The notes: generated by a model not told the origin, from the letters alone. A stretch of 64,000 bases of DNA from Planctomycetota bacterium (GCA_023150565.1 JAKLKR010000001.1:42180-106179), one strand, 5' to 3'; counted from the stretch's first letter, positions 9,587 to 19,565 are shown. A program made the numbers and translations.

Positions 9587-11440
9587 ATGCGCATCGAACA
9601 CGGCCTGCTGCCCGGACACGTCCTGCAGCGCACCCCGCGCGGGGCGCGGGCCGCCATCACCGGCACCTGCGCCGCCAGCGGTCCGGTCACCGCCACCGTC
9701 CGGCGTGGCGGCAGGCTGCTGCTCCGCGCCCGGCGCGTCGGTGCGGCCCGGGACGGGCGCTTCCAGGCGGTGATCACCGGTCTGCCCGCAGGCGGCCCCT
9801 ACGTGGTCGAACTGGCCTGCGCCAAGCAGCGGGTGGTGGTGGATCCGGTCTTCGTCGGCGACCTGTGGCTGATGGCCGGGCAGAGCAACATGGAGGGGGT
9901 CGGCAACCTCGCCGCTGCCCCCGCGCCGCACCCCCTGGTGCGCTGCTTCGGCATGGACCGGGTGTGGCGCCAGGCGCGCGATCCCCTGCACCAGCTCTAT
10001 GCCTCGCCGGATGCGGTGCACTGGAAGTGCTGCGACCTCTCCCTCGCCCGCAAGCGCCCGTTCACCCCGCTGGAGGCCGAGGCCGAGGCCCGGCGCCAGG
10101 CCAAGGGGGTCGGTATCGGGGTGTTCTTCGGCACGCTGATGCTGGAGCGCAGCGACGTGCCCCAGGGCCTGATCGCCACCGCCCACGGCGGCACCGGCAT
10201 GGCGGAATGGGACCCCGCGCTGGGCAATCGCGGCGGCGAATCGCTCTACGGCTCGCTGATGCTGAGCGTGCAGGCGGTCGGGCAGCCTCTTGCCGGGGTG
10301 CTGTGGTACCAGGGCTGCAGCGACGCCACCGCGCAGCTGGTCGATGGCTACACCGCTCGCATGCAGGCGCTGGTGGCCGGCCTGCGCCGCGACCTGCGCC
10401 AGCCGCGCCTGCCGTGGATCGCGGTGCAGATCGCCCGGGTGGTCAGCGACACCCAGGACGGGGCGTCCTGGAACCGCCTGCAGGAGCAGCAGCGCCTGCT
10501 GCCGCAGATCATCCCCCGCCTCGACGTGGTGCCGGCGGTGGACCTCGAGATGGACGACAGCATCCACATCGGCAGCAACGGCAACGCGCTGCTGGCGGCG
10601 CGCATGGCCTCGGCCGCCGGCCGCCTGGTGCTGCGCGACCGCCGCGAGCGGCCGGCGATCCAGCCGCTGTCGGCGCGCCTGCTGCCGCTCGGCAGCGACC
10701 GCAACCTGGCGGTCGAGGTGCGCTTCGCCAACGTGCTCGGTGGGCTGGAATCCGCCGGACTGCCTCGCGGTTTCAGCGTGCTGGACGAGGCTGGGCGGGT
10801 GCTGCAGCTGATCCACAAGACCGAGCTGGATGGCGACCGGGTGCGCCTGCTGCTGACCTGCCGGGTGACCGGTCCGCTGCAGGTCTGCTATGGCCGCGGC
10901 ACCGACCCTGTGTGCACCATCCACGACCGCCGCGGCATGGGCCTGCCGGTGTTCACAGCCATGCCGGTGGAGATGCCGGCCGGGCTCAGCCTCTGGTTCC
11001 GCCGCTGGCGGGTGACCCCGCTGCAACCGGGCGAGGACATCGGCGGCCTGCCGCGGCCGCCGGCCGACGATGCGCGCGCCCAGGAACGCAGGTTCGAGCC
11101 GATCTTCGCCGACATGCATGCCGAATGGCTGGGTCGTACCGGCCACGCCGCCTTCCACAGCGAGGTCGAGATCCCGGCCGACATGGCGGTGGAGGTGCGC
11201 ACCGGCTATGACGGCCCCTTCCGGCTGTGGCTCGGCGAGCGCGAGGTGCACACCGACCTGGCGGGAAGCAATCCCGCCCTGCCCGACGACCGCCTGCTGC
11301 GCGTGCGCCTGGCGCGCGGCCGCCACCCGGTGACCGTGCTGATGGCGCTCAACGGCGGCCGGGCCTGGGGCTTCTACCTGCGTCTGCGCCGCCTGGGCAT
11401 CCCGGCCGGCCAGACGGCACCGGTGCCGGTGCCATGGTGA
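9587..11440 (+). CDS. Sialate O-acetylesterase (SASA/DUF303, SGNH) with C-terminal accessory domain
   Basis: VGDLWLMAGQSNMEG, GVLWYQGCSD, DDSIH (DxxH) motifs. Confidence 0.85.
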   Translation: MRIEHGLLPGHVLQRTPRGARAAITGTCAASGPVTATVRRGGRLLLRARRVGAARDGRFQAVITGLPAGGPYVVELACAKQRVVVDPVFVGDLWLMAGQSNMEGVGNLAAAPAPHPLVRCFGMDRVWRQARDPLHQLYASPDAVHWKCCDLSLARKRPFTPLEAEAEARRQAKGVGIGVFFGTLMLERSDVPQGLIATAHGGTGMAEWDPALGNRGGESLYGSLMLSVQAVGQPLAGVLWYQGCSDATAQLVDGYTARMQALVAGLRRDLRQPRLPWIAVQIARVVSDTQDGASWNRLQEQQRLLPQIIPRLDVVPAVDLEMDDSIHIGSNGNALLAARMASAAGRLVLRDRRERPAIQPLSARLLPLGSDRNLAVEVRFANVLGGLESAGLPRGFSVLDEAGRVLQLIHKTELDGDRVRLLLTCRVTGPLQVCYGRGTDPVCTIHDRRGMGLPVFTAMPVEMPAGLSLWFRRWRVTPLQPGEDIGGLPRPPADDARAQERRFEPIFADMHAEWLGRTGHAAFHSEVEIPADMAVEVRTGYDGPFRLWLGEREVHTDLAGSNPALPDDRLLRVRLARGRHPVTVLMALNGGRAWGFYLRLRRLGIPAGQTAPVPVPW

Positions 11441-12108
11441 GCCGTTGCAGACTGCCGGGGGGCGCCGCCTTCACCCTGATCGAGCTGCTGGTGGTCATCG
11501 CCATCGTCGCGGTGCTGGCCGGCATGCTCATGCCGGCCCTCGGCCTGGTCCAGCGCGCGGCCCGCACGACCAGCTGCCAGGCGAACATGCGCCAGGTCTA
11601 CCTGGCCTATGCCATCTACGCCGAAGACTGGGAGGGGCGTCTGCCGCGCCTGTGGGCGGGTGGGGTGGAGCAGGCCCAGAGCGGCGGCAATATGAACTAT
11701 CGTGGGCAGTTCGTGCCGCTGAGCGAGGCGGCCTGCATTGCCGGCCTGGGCTGGTGCCACAGCCCGGCCATCACCGTCTGCCCGAACACCGCCAGGGCCA
11801 CGGTGCGGAACAACGAAGGCTACGTCTGCTACCAGTCGCCGACCTATGCCCCCAACCTGTGCGCCTGGAACGCCTGGAGCCAGTGGGGCAGGCCCAGGAC
11901 CAGCCATCTGCCGAGCGGGACCAGCGCCTCCTCGCTGGTGCTGCTGTGCGAGGCCCTGCCCGCGAAGGGCGCCTGCTGGGACAGTCCGGTGGCGAACTAC
12001 GTGTCCTTCACCCACAACGGCAAGGCCAACGCGCTGTGCTTCGATGGCCATGTCACCGCCTTCCAGCCGACCCAGGCGCTGTCGTACATGGTCGACGGCC
12101 AGTTCTGA
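11434..12108 (+). CDS. Prepilin-type N-terminal cleavage/methylation protein with H-X9-DG domain (DUF1559-like)
   Basis: [33 protein letters not shown]-terminal HNGKANALCFDGHV. Confidence 0.9.
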   Translation: MVSRCRLPGGAAFTLIELLVVIAIVAVLAGMLMPALGLVQRAARTTSCQANMRQVYLAYAIYAEDWEGRLPRLWAGGVEQAQSGGNMNYRGQFVPLSEAACIAGLGWCHSPAITVCPNTARATVRNNEGYVCYQSPTYAPNLCAWNAWSQWGRPRTSHLPSGTSASSLVLLCEALPAKGACWDSPVANYVSFTHNGKANALCFDGHVTAFQPTQALSYMVDGQF

Positions 12109-12120
12109 GCCGGGGAGGTC

Positions 12121-14199
12121 ATGGTGCAGAATGCGAATCACCCCGAATCCTTCCCGCGCGGCGCGGCGGCGCTGATCCCGCCGCCGCGCCAGCTGTCGGC
12201 CTGCGGCGGCCATTGGCGCCTGCCGGCGGCGGTGAGCATCGCGGTGCGCGATCCCGCCCTCGCCGATCTCGCGGCGCTCCTCGCCGGGCATCTGCGCGCC
12301 GCCGGCCTGGGCGGCCTCGATCCTGCGGTGGTGGCCGATCCCGCCCAGGCCGGGATCGTGCTCGCGCTCGATCCGGCCCTGGCCGAGGAGGCCCATGTCC
12401 TCGCGGTGGTCGAGGGCGGCGCGACCCTGACCGGCGGGTCCGCCGCCGGGGTGGCCTGGGCCGCCGCCAGCCTGGTCCAGGCCCTGGTGGTCGAGCACGC
12501 CGAGCGCCGGCTGCCGCTGATGCGCGTTGCGGACGCCCCGCAGTTCGGCTACCGCGGCCTGATGGTCGACGTGGCCCGCCACCCCCACAGCCTGGTCACC
12601 CTGAAGAAGGTGGTGGTGCTGTGCTGGTTCTACAAGGTACGGTTCCTGCAACTCCACCTCGCCGACGTGGAGGCCTTCGCCTTCCCCAGCACCGCCTTTC
12701 CCGATCTGGCGACCCCCGGCCGCCACCTGCCCCTGGAGGACTGGCGCGAGTTGGAGGCGTTCGCCGCCCGCCACCAGGTGGTGATCGTGCCGGAACTGGA
12801 CGTGCCCGGCCACGCCAACCAGGCCCTGCGCCGGCTGTGCCCCACCGATCCGCCCACCGGCGCGCCGGTGGTCAACCCGGTCAGCGAGCGCACCTTCGCG
12901 GTCCTGGCCACCCTGCTCGACGAGATCCTGGCGGTGTTCCCGCGCACGCCGTTCGTGCACATCGGCGCCGACGAGGTCGCCTATGACGGCTGGGCCAGGT
13001 GCCGGGACTGCGCCGCCTTCCTGCGCGAGCGCGGCCTGACCTCCATCGAGGAGGCCTACCGCCATTTCATCGCCCGCATGCACGGCCTCGTCACCGCCCG
13101 CGGCCGGCGCATGATCGTGTGGGAGGGCTTCGCCGCCGAAGGCGTCATCCCCATCCCGTTCGACGTCATCGTGCAGTTCTTCGACGTGGAATACCTCCAG
13201 CCCGAGCAGGCCATCGCGCGTGGCCACCAGGTGATCAACTCGTCGTGGGGGCCGCTTTACGTGGTGCCCGGCAACGCCACCTGCCCGCTGCCGCTGGTCC
13301 ATCAGTGGTATCCCGGGATCTTCGGCGGCAACGCCCTCAGCTGCGTGCCCGACGCGCTGGCGCAGGCGCCGGCCTTCGCCGCCTGCGACCGCCTCGACCC
13401 CTTCTTCGCGCGCCCGCTGGCGGGCAGGCGCCACCCCTTCGCCAAGGCCCTGCCGGCCGCCGACCCCGCCCTGCTCGGGGCCATGATGTGCTCCTGGGAG
13501 ATGCTCGAGGGCGACCAGGTCCCGGCCCTGCGCCGCCACCTGGCGGCGATGTCCGAGCGCTGCTGGAACCCGCAGGCCGGGCGTCCCTTCACCGACTTCC
13601 TGCTGCGCCTGGAGAGCACCGACTGGCGCCTGGCCGGCCTGCTGCGCGCGGTGGTGCTGGCCGACCGCAACCGCATCCCCGACTTCGGGCCATGCGGACC
13701 GGAATACGGCCCGTTCATCAACGATCTCGAGGCGGGCATCCGCGACGACGGCCCGGTCGCGCGCATCGCCGCGCCTCCCGCCGGGCTGGCGCTGCCGCGG
13801 CGCGCCTTCGCCGGCGACTTCTGCGACCTGCATCGCGAACTGCAGGAGCGCGCCGCCGGCACCGCGTGGTTCGTGCACCGCTTCACCGCGGTCCATGCGG
13901 CCGAGCCGACCGTGCCGACCGCGTTGCTGGGCTATGACGGTCCGGTGCGGGTGTGGTTGAACGGCGTCGAGGTCTTCACCGACCGCAGTGGAGCCAATCC
14001 GGCGCTGCGCGACATGGCCGCCATCCCGCTCGCGCCGCGTTCCGGCGCCAACGAACTGGCCATCGCACTCGACGCCGATGGCGGCAAGGCCTGGGGCATC
14101 TACCTACGGCTGCGCTCTGACATGCGCGCCAGCGGCACGCGCGGGCAGATCGCATCCAGTCCAGGCAGCCCGAGCGTGAAGGCCCAGCAACCAGCATAA
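12121..14199 (+). CDS. GH20 beta-N-acetylhexosaminidase with C-terminal accessory domain
   Basis: DAPQFGYRGLMVDVARH, LQLHLAD, IVPELDVPGH, catalytic HIGADE. Confidence 0.9.
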   Translation: MVQNANHPESFPRGAAALIPPPRQLSACGGHWRLPAAVSIAVRDPALADLAALLAGHLRAAGLGGLDPAVVADPAQAGIVLALDPALAEEAHVLAVVEGGATLTGGSAAGVAWAAASLVQALVVEHAERRLPLMRVADAPQFGYRGLMVDVARHPHSLVTLKKVVVLCWFYKVRFLQLHLADVEAFAFPSTAFPDLATPGRHLPLEDWRELEAFAARHQVVIVPELDVPGHANQALRRLCPTDPPTGAPVVNPVSERTFAVLATLLDEILAVFPRTPFVHIGADEVAYDGWARCRDCAAFLRERGLTSIEEAYRHFIARMHGLVTARGRRMIVWEGFAAEGVIPIPFDVIVQFFDVEYLQPEQAIARGHQVINSSWGPLYVVPGNATCPLPLVHQWYPGIFGGNALSCVPDALAQAPAFAACDRLDPFFARPLAGRRHPFAKALPAADPALLGAMMCSWEMLEGDQVPALRRHLAAMSERCWNPQAGRPFTDFLLRLESTDWRLAGLLRAVVLADRNRIPDFGPCGPEYGPFINDLEAGIRDDGPVARIAAPPAGLALPRRAFAGDFCDLHRELQERAAGTAWFVHRFTAVHAAEPTVPTALLGYDGPVRVWLNGVEVFTDRSGANPALRDMAAIPLAPRSGANELAIALDADGGKAWGIYLRLRSDMRASGTRGQIASSPGSPSVKAQQPA

Positions 14200-14257
14200 C
14201 GCCGCTGGGTGGCGCGCGGCGCATGGGGTTGCCCGCAAGGTGGACCAAAGAGTGTTA

Positions 14258-14271
14258 GACAACCGGTTGTC
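14258..14271. promoter_or_regulatory. LacI-type operator-like palindrome GACAACCGGTTGTC
   Basis: Perfect 14-bp palindrome with AAnCGnTT core in the intergenic region upstream of the symporter. Confidence 0.55.
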
Positions 14272-14571
14272 ATTTGGCCTGTCGACCATCAACTATGGCT
14301 CATCAACGGCTACTTCAGGGATTGATCTGACGTCAAGTGGGCCTCGTTGTCAGGGGCTTGTGGCACGGCCATGCATGAATGGAGGGGGGAGCCCTGGAAT
14401 GCTATGACAACGCGTATAGCCTCCCGCCCTCCCGTCGCCATCACCCCGACGATCGTCAAGGAGCAGGGTATCCTTTTTGCGGTAATTCCGCTGAAATAGC
14501 CGACGCGGCGCCGGCCGCCAAGCATACCCCGCCCACCCCTCCCCACCAGAGAGCACAAGGAAGCAGACCAC

Positions 14572-16923
14572 ATGCAATGGATCGACTGGGCGATCGTCGC
14601 CTTTCCCGTCATATTCGTCCTTGGTCTGGCAATCTACTGCCGCAAATACATCCGAGGGGTGTCCGACTATGTCGCCGCAGGGCGCGTGGCTGGCCGTTAT
14701 GTGATGTGCGTTGCCGGTCTGGAATCGGGCCTGGGCATCATGTATCTGGTTAGTATGACTGAGGTAAAATACCAGGCCGGCTTCGCCATGGCGTTCTGGT
14801 ACATGCTCGGTGCGCCGGTCGCCATGATCCTCGGGCTCACCGGTTTCTGCATCTACCGCTTCCGCGAGACCAAGGCCCTCTCCCTGGGCCAGTTCCTGGA
14901 GATGCGCTACAGCCGCTCGTTCCGCATTTTCGCCGCCTCCGTGCGCACGCTTGCCGAGATGCTCTGCAACGGCATCGCGCCGGCCATCGCCGCCGGGTTC
15001 TTCATCTACTTCCTGGGACTGCCCCACAAGATCACGGTGCTGGGTTTCACCATCCCGACCTTCTCCATCGTGGTGGGTTCGGTGCTGACCATGTCGATCG
15101 TCATCATGTGGAACGGCGGCCGCCTGTCGCTGCTGGTCACGGACACCATCCAGGGCCTGCTGAGCTACCCGATCTTCGTCATCATCGTCGTCTTCGTCCT
15201 CTACCACTTCTCGTGGGATGTTCAGATCGCTCCCGTCATGGCCGATCGCGTGGCCGGGGAAAGCTTCCTCAACCCGTTCGATGCCAGCCAGTTGCGTGAC
15301 TTCAACCTGTTCATGGTGATCGCCGGCATCGCGCTCAGCGTGATCAACCGCGGCAACTGGCTGGGCAATGACGGCACCAATGCCGGACGCACCCCGCACG
15401 AGCAGAAGATGGCCGGCGTGCTCGGCGCCTGGCGCGGCGGCTTCTCCGGCCTGATGGCCCTGGTGATCGCCCTGGCGGTGATCACCTTCATGTGCCACAA
15501 GGATTTCGCGGTCCAGTCCCGCGAGGCGCGCCTGGAACTGGCGGGCAAGGCGGCGGAGGCGGTGGTGCCGGATGTCGAGACCAGGCAGAAGCTGGCCGAG
15601 AACCTGGCCGCCATCCCGCCCTCGACCCACACCATCGGCGTCGACGACCCCTATTCGCATAAGAAGAATGCCGACACGCCCTATATGCAGGCGGCCGGCG
15701 ACACCTTCGGGCACGATCCCAAGGGCAATGACATCTTCCAGAGCTTCCGCACCGCCTACCACCAGATGATGATGCCGCTGGTGATGCGTCATCTGCTGCC
15801 CACCGGCATGCTCGGCATGTTCTGCCTGATGATGGTGACGATGATGCTGGCCACTGAGACCTCGCGCATGTTCAACAGCTCCTCCACCCTGATCCAGGAC
15901 GTGGTGCTGCCCTTGCACAAGAATCCGATGACGCCGGAGCGGCACATGACCTGGCTGCGCGCCGGGGGCGTGATCGTGGCCGTGCTCTTCTTCGTCTTCT
16001 CGCTCTTCTTCCGCTCGGTCGACTTCATCGTGATGTTCACCACCATCGTGCTCTCGATCTGGATGGGCGGCGCCGGCTCGGTGATCCTCGGCGGCCTGTA
16101 CTCACGCTTCGGCAACACCGCCGGGGCTTACGCCTCGATCATCACCGGTGCGGTGATCTCGGTGGCGGCGATCATCGTGCAGCAGACCTGGGCGGCCCAC
16201 GTCTATCCCTTCATCGATGCGCATGGTTGGACGCAGGGCATCGGCGCCTTCCTCGAGGCGGCCACCAAGCACACCGCTCCCTATGTGCAGTGGAAGATGG
16301 ATGCGGTGAAGTTCCCCATCAACTCCATCGAGATCTCGGTGATCGCCACCCTCTTCAGTATGGTGGCCTACGTCGCGGTCTCGCTGCTGACCTACCGCGG
16401 CGCCTACAACCTGGAGCGCATGCTGCACCGCGGCCAGTACAACACCGATGGCGACCAGCATGTCACCGAGGAGACGAAATCGTTCAAGACCTTCATGGCC
16501 AAGCTCATCGGACTCTCGCCCGAGTGCTCCAAGGGCGACAAGATCCTGATCTGGTCGGTGTTCATGTGGTCGTTCGTCTACCAGGTGATCATCTGCTTCG
16601 TGGTGGTGCTGATCTGGAACCTGATCTGGCCCTGGCCGACCTCGTGGTGGACCCAGTACTTCTTCTACACCTCGATGGTGGTGGCGGGGATCGTCGGCAT
16701 CATCACCACGGTGTGGTTCATGATCGGCGGCTTCATCGACACCCGGCGGATGTTCAAGGACCTGGAGAACAGCGTGAACAACCCGCTGGATGACGGCTGG
16801 GTCAAGGGGCACGTGTCCCTGATGGACGTCGAGAAGCTCGGATCCGATGACGAGAGCTCCAGGCGCCTGGCGGTGCCCCCCAAGTCCGACAAGTCGGACA
16901 AATCGGACAAGCCGCAGCACTGA
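14572..16923 (+). CDS. Sodium:solute symporter (SSS) family transporter
   Basis: IDWAIV...DYVAAGR, RFRETKALSLGQFLEMRYS, TDTIQG, GGLYSRFGNTAGA, many TM segments. RBS AAGGAAG. Confidence 0.85.
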   Translation: MQWIDWAIVAFPVIFVLGLAIYCRKYIRGVSDYVAAGRVAGRYVMCVAGLESGLGIMYLVSMTEVKYQAGFAMAFWYMLGAPVAMILGLTGFCIYRFRETKALSLGQFLEMRYSRSFRIFAASVRTLAEMLCNGIAPAIAAGFFIYFLGLPHKITVLGFTIPTFSIVVGSVLTMSIVIMWNGGRLSLLVTDTIQGLLSYPIFVIIVVFVLYHFSWDVQIAPVMADRVAGESFLNPFDASQLRDFNLFMVIAGIALSVINRGNWLGNDGTNAGRTPHEQKMAGVLGAWRGGFSGLMALVIALAVITFMCHKDFAVQSREARLELAGKAAEAVVPDVETRQKLAENLAAIPPSTHTIGVDDPYSHKKNADTPYMQAAGDTFGHDPKGNDIFQSFRTAYHQMMMPLVMRHLLPTGMLGMFCLMMVTMMLATETSRMFNSSSTLIQDVVLPLHKNPMTPERHMTWLRAGGVIVAVLFFVFSLFFRSVDFIVMFTTIVLSIWMGGAGSVILGGLYSRFGNTAGAYASIITGAVISVAAIIVQQTWAAHVYPFIDAHGWTQGIGAFLEAATKHTAPYVQWKMDAVKFPINSIEISVIATLFSMVAYVAVSLLTYRGAYNLERMLHRGQYNTDGDQHVTEETKSFKTFMAKLIGLSPECSKGDKILIWSVFMWSFVYQVIICFVVVLIWNLIWPWPTSWWTQYFFYTSMVVAGIVGIITTVWFMIGGFIDTRRMFKDLENSVNNPLDDGWVKGHVSLMDVEKLGSDDESSRRLAVPPKSDKSDKSDKPQH

Positions 16924-16936
16924 TCGCTGTGGCTCG

Positions 16937-16970
16937 AAGCCCGGCCGGCAGCCCGCCGGCCGGGCTTTTT
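16937..16970 (+). terminator. Rho-independent terminator
   Basis: 13-bp stem AAGCCCGGCCGGC / GCCGGCCGGGCTT with 5-nt loop and T-run, just after the symporter stop. Confidence 0.85.
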
Positions 16971-17045
16971 CGTGTCGTCCCCCCCCGGGCGGCCGCCGGC
17001 GCATTCCCGGTTGAGTCGAGGCGCGCCCGGCCACCGTGCCGCCCC

Positions 17046-17792
17046 ATGCCCGCGCCCGTCTCGGCGGTGATCATCGTCAAGGATGGCGAGCGGCACCTGG
17101 CCCAGGTGCTGGCGGCGGTGGCGTGGTGCGCCGAGGTGCTGGTGCTCGATTCCGGCAGCACCGATCGCACCCTGGAGATCTCCCGCGCCGCCGGGGCGCG
17201 GGTCGAGCACCAGGACTTCCTGGGCTATGGGCCGCAGAAGCGCGCGGCGGTGGCCATGGCCCGGCACGACTGGATCCTCTCCCTCGACGCCGACGAGGTG
17301 CTGGACGCCGAGGCGGCGGCGGCGATCCGCGCCCTGGCGCTCGGCGATCCTGCGATCGGCTACCGCATCCGCCGGCGCAACCACATCGGGGCGCGCGAGG
17401 TGCGCCATGGCCTGTGGAGCCCCGACCGCTGCCTGCGGCTGTTCAACCGCACCCGCGCCAACTTCAACGAGGTGCGCATCCACGAGGCGGTGGTGGCGGG
17501 CGGGCCGGTGCGCGACCTGCCCGGGTCGATCATCCACTATACCTTCCGCGACTGCGCCGACGTTTTCGGGCGCATGCCGCCCTATTCCCGCGCCAAGGCC
17601 GCGGCCTACCGCGCCCGCGGCCGGCGCGCCGGTGCCACGCTGCTGCTGGCGCGCGCGGCCTGGGGCTTCGTGCGCAGCTACGTGCTCAAACGCGGCTTCC
17701 TCGACGGCCGCCTGGGGGTGGTGGTGGCGCTCAGCGTGGCGGTCGACGCGGTGCTCGGCCTGGCCCTGGCGGGCGAGGACGAGGCGCCGTGA
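17046..17792 (+). CDS. GT2 glycosyltransferase (LPS beta-1,4-glucosyltransferase-like)
   Basis: VLDSGSTDRT, WILSLDADE, RLFNR, IHE, GFLDG motifs. Confidence 0.9.
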   Translation: MPAPVSAVIIVKDGERHLAQVLAAVAWCAEVLVLDSGSTDRTLEISRAAGARVEHQDFLGYGPQKRAAVAMARHDWILSLDADEVLDAEAAAAIRALALGDPAIGYRIRRRNHIGAREVRHGLWSPDRCLRLFNRTRANFNEVRIHEAVVAGGPVRDLPGSIIHYTFRDCADVFGRMPPYSRAKAAAYRARGRRAGATLLLARAAWGFVRSYVLKRGFLDGRLGVVVALSVAVDAVLGLALAGEDEAP

Positions 17793-18868
17793 GGATCGCC
17801 TACGACGTCACCCCCACCTGCCACCGCCACCGTTCCGGGGTGGCGCGCTATGCCGTGGACCTGGCCGAGTCCCTGGTCGCGGCCGGCGTGCAGGTCGAGC
17901 CGTGGTGCCGGCTGTCGCGCTGGCGCAAGCGCGGCTGGTGCCACCGCCCCGGCGGCGCCGCCATCCGCTGGTACCAGGAGGGCCTGTGGCCGTGGCGCTG
18001 CGGCGCCGAGGTGGTCCACGGCACCGATGTGCGCGTGCCGGGCTGGGGTCCGTGCGCGCGGGTGGCGACCATCCACGACGTGTTCCACTGCCTGCCCATG
18101 GCGGTGGGCTGGTCGAGCCCGGCATTCGCCGCGCGGGCGCGCGTCCACTATGCCCAGAGCGCGGCGCGCGCCCACCTGCTGGTGGCGGTGAGCGAGGCCA
18201 CCCGCCAGGACGTGATCGCCCACCTCGGCGTCGATCCCGCGCGCATCGTCGCGGTGCCGCACGGCATCGACGGGCGGTTCGCCCCCCAGCCGCCGGCGGC
18301 GGTGGCGGCGGCGCGCTCGGCGCTGGGCCTGCCGGAGGGCTATCTGCTCTATGTCGGCGCCATCGCCATCCGCAAGAACCTGCCGGCGCTGGTGCGGGCC
18401 TATGCCGCCTCGACCCTGCGCGGGCGGCTGCCGCTGGTGCTGGCGGGCGGCGCCAGCGATGCCAGCGCGGCGGTGGCCGAGGCGGTGCGCGCCTGCGCCC
18501 TGGGCGACTGGGTGCGGGTGGTCGACTTCGTGCCCGACGCCCACCTGCCGGGGCTGTACGCCGGCGCGGCGGCGGTGTGCCTGCCCAGCCTGTATGAGGG
18601 CTTCGGGCTGCCGGTGCTCGAGGCCATGGCCTGCGGTGCGCCGGTGTTCACCAGCGACCGCGGCGCGTTGGCGGAGGTCGCCGGCGGCCATGCCGTCACC
18701 GCCGATCCGGATTCGGTCGAGGCCATGGCCGCGGCCCTGCCTCGCGCCCTCGACCTGTCGGCCGAGGCGCGCGCGCGCGCCCGCGACCACGCCCGCACCT
18801 TCACCTGGGCGCGCTGCGCCCAGGGTCATCTCGCCGCCTACCGCCGCGCCATCGAATTGCGCGGATAA
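17789..18868 (+). CDS. GT4 glycosyltransferase
   Basis: GTGA overlap. TIHD, VSEATRQD, RKNL, PSLYEGFGLPVLEAMACG, FTW motifs. Confidence 0.9.
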   Translation: MRIAYDVTPTCHRHRSGVARYAVDLAESLVAAGVQVEPWCRLSRWRKRGWCHRPGGAAIRWYQEGLWPWRCGAEVVHGTDVRVPGWGPCARVATIHDVFHCLPMAVGWSSPAFAARARVHYAQSAARAHLLVAVSEATRQDVIAHLGVDPARIVAVPHGIDGRFAPQPPAAVAAARSALGLPEGYLLYVGAIAIRKNLPALVRAYAASTLRGRLPLVLAGGASDASAAVAEAVRACALGDWVRVVDFVPDAHLPGLYAGAAAVCLPSLYEGFGLPVLEAMACGAPVFTSDRGALAEVAGGHAVTADPDSVEAMAAALPRALDLSAEARARARDHARTFTWARCAQGHLAAYRRAIELRG

Positions 18869-18879
18869 CCAGGAAAAAC

Positions 18880-19563
18880 ATGCGTCCCATCTCCTTCCAG
18901 CGCTCCTTCGTCAAGCATCCCGCCGGCTCCTGCCTGGTCTCGTTCGGCGACACCCGGGTGCTGTGCACGGTGTCGATCGAGAAGGAGGTGCCGCCCCACC
19001 GCAAGGCCAGCGGCGCCGGCTGGCTGACCGCCGAATACGCCATGCTGCCCGGCTCCACCAGCCCGCGGAAGCGCCGTGACGGGGTCAAGCAGGACGGGCG
19101 CAGCGTCGAGATCCAGCGCCTGGTCGGGCGCAGCCTGCGCGCCGCGGTCGACCTCGACAAGCTGCCGCCGGTGACCATCGCCATCGACTGCGACGTGCTC
19201 CAGGCCGACGGTGGCACCCGCACCGCCGCCATCACCGGCGCCTGGGTGGCGCTCCATGACGCCCTCGGCCGGCTGGCGCGCGACCACAAGCGCGAGGGCA
19301 CCGGCGGCTGGCTGCTCGGCCAGGTGGCGGCCCTGAGCGTGGGGGTGGTCGAGGGCAAGGTCGAGGTCGACCTCGACTACATCAAGGACAGCCGGGCCGA
19401 GGTAGACATGAACGTGGTGATGCGCGGCGGCGATTTCATCGAGGTGCAGGGCACCGGCGAGCACGGGGTGTTCGACCGCGCCCGCCTTGATGAACTGCTC
19501 GACGCCGCCGCTGGCGGCATCGCCCAGGTGATGGCCGAGCAGCGTCGGGCGCTGGGGATCTGA
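18880..19563 (+). CDS. rph: Ribonuclease PH
   Basis: GWLTAEYAMLPGST, EIQRLVGRSLRA, DCDVLQADGGTRTAAITGA, DMNVVM, EVQGTGE. Confidence 0.97.
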   Translation: MRPISFQRSFVKHPAGSCLVSFGDTRVLCTVSIEKEVPPHRKASGAGWLTAEYAMLPGSTSPRKRRDGVKQDGRSVEIQRLVGRSLRAAVDLDKLPPVTIAIDCDVLQADGGTRTAAITGAWVALHDALGRLARDHKREGTGGWLLGQVAALSVGVVEGKVEVDLDYIKDSRAEVDMNVVMRGGDFIEVQGTGEHGVFDRARLDELLDAAAGGIAQVMAEQRRALGI

Positions 19564-19565
19564 CC

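Noticed and set aside
14361-14375. Sigma-54 promoter-like TGGCACGGCCATGCA
   Set aside because: GG-to-GC spacing is one base short of the strict -24/-12 requirement.
16882-16911. 9-bp tandem repeat encoding KSDKSDKSDK
   Set aside because: Short in-frame low-complexity tail with synonymous variation. No sign of phase variation.
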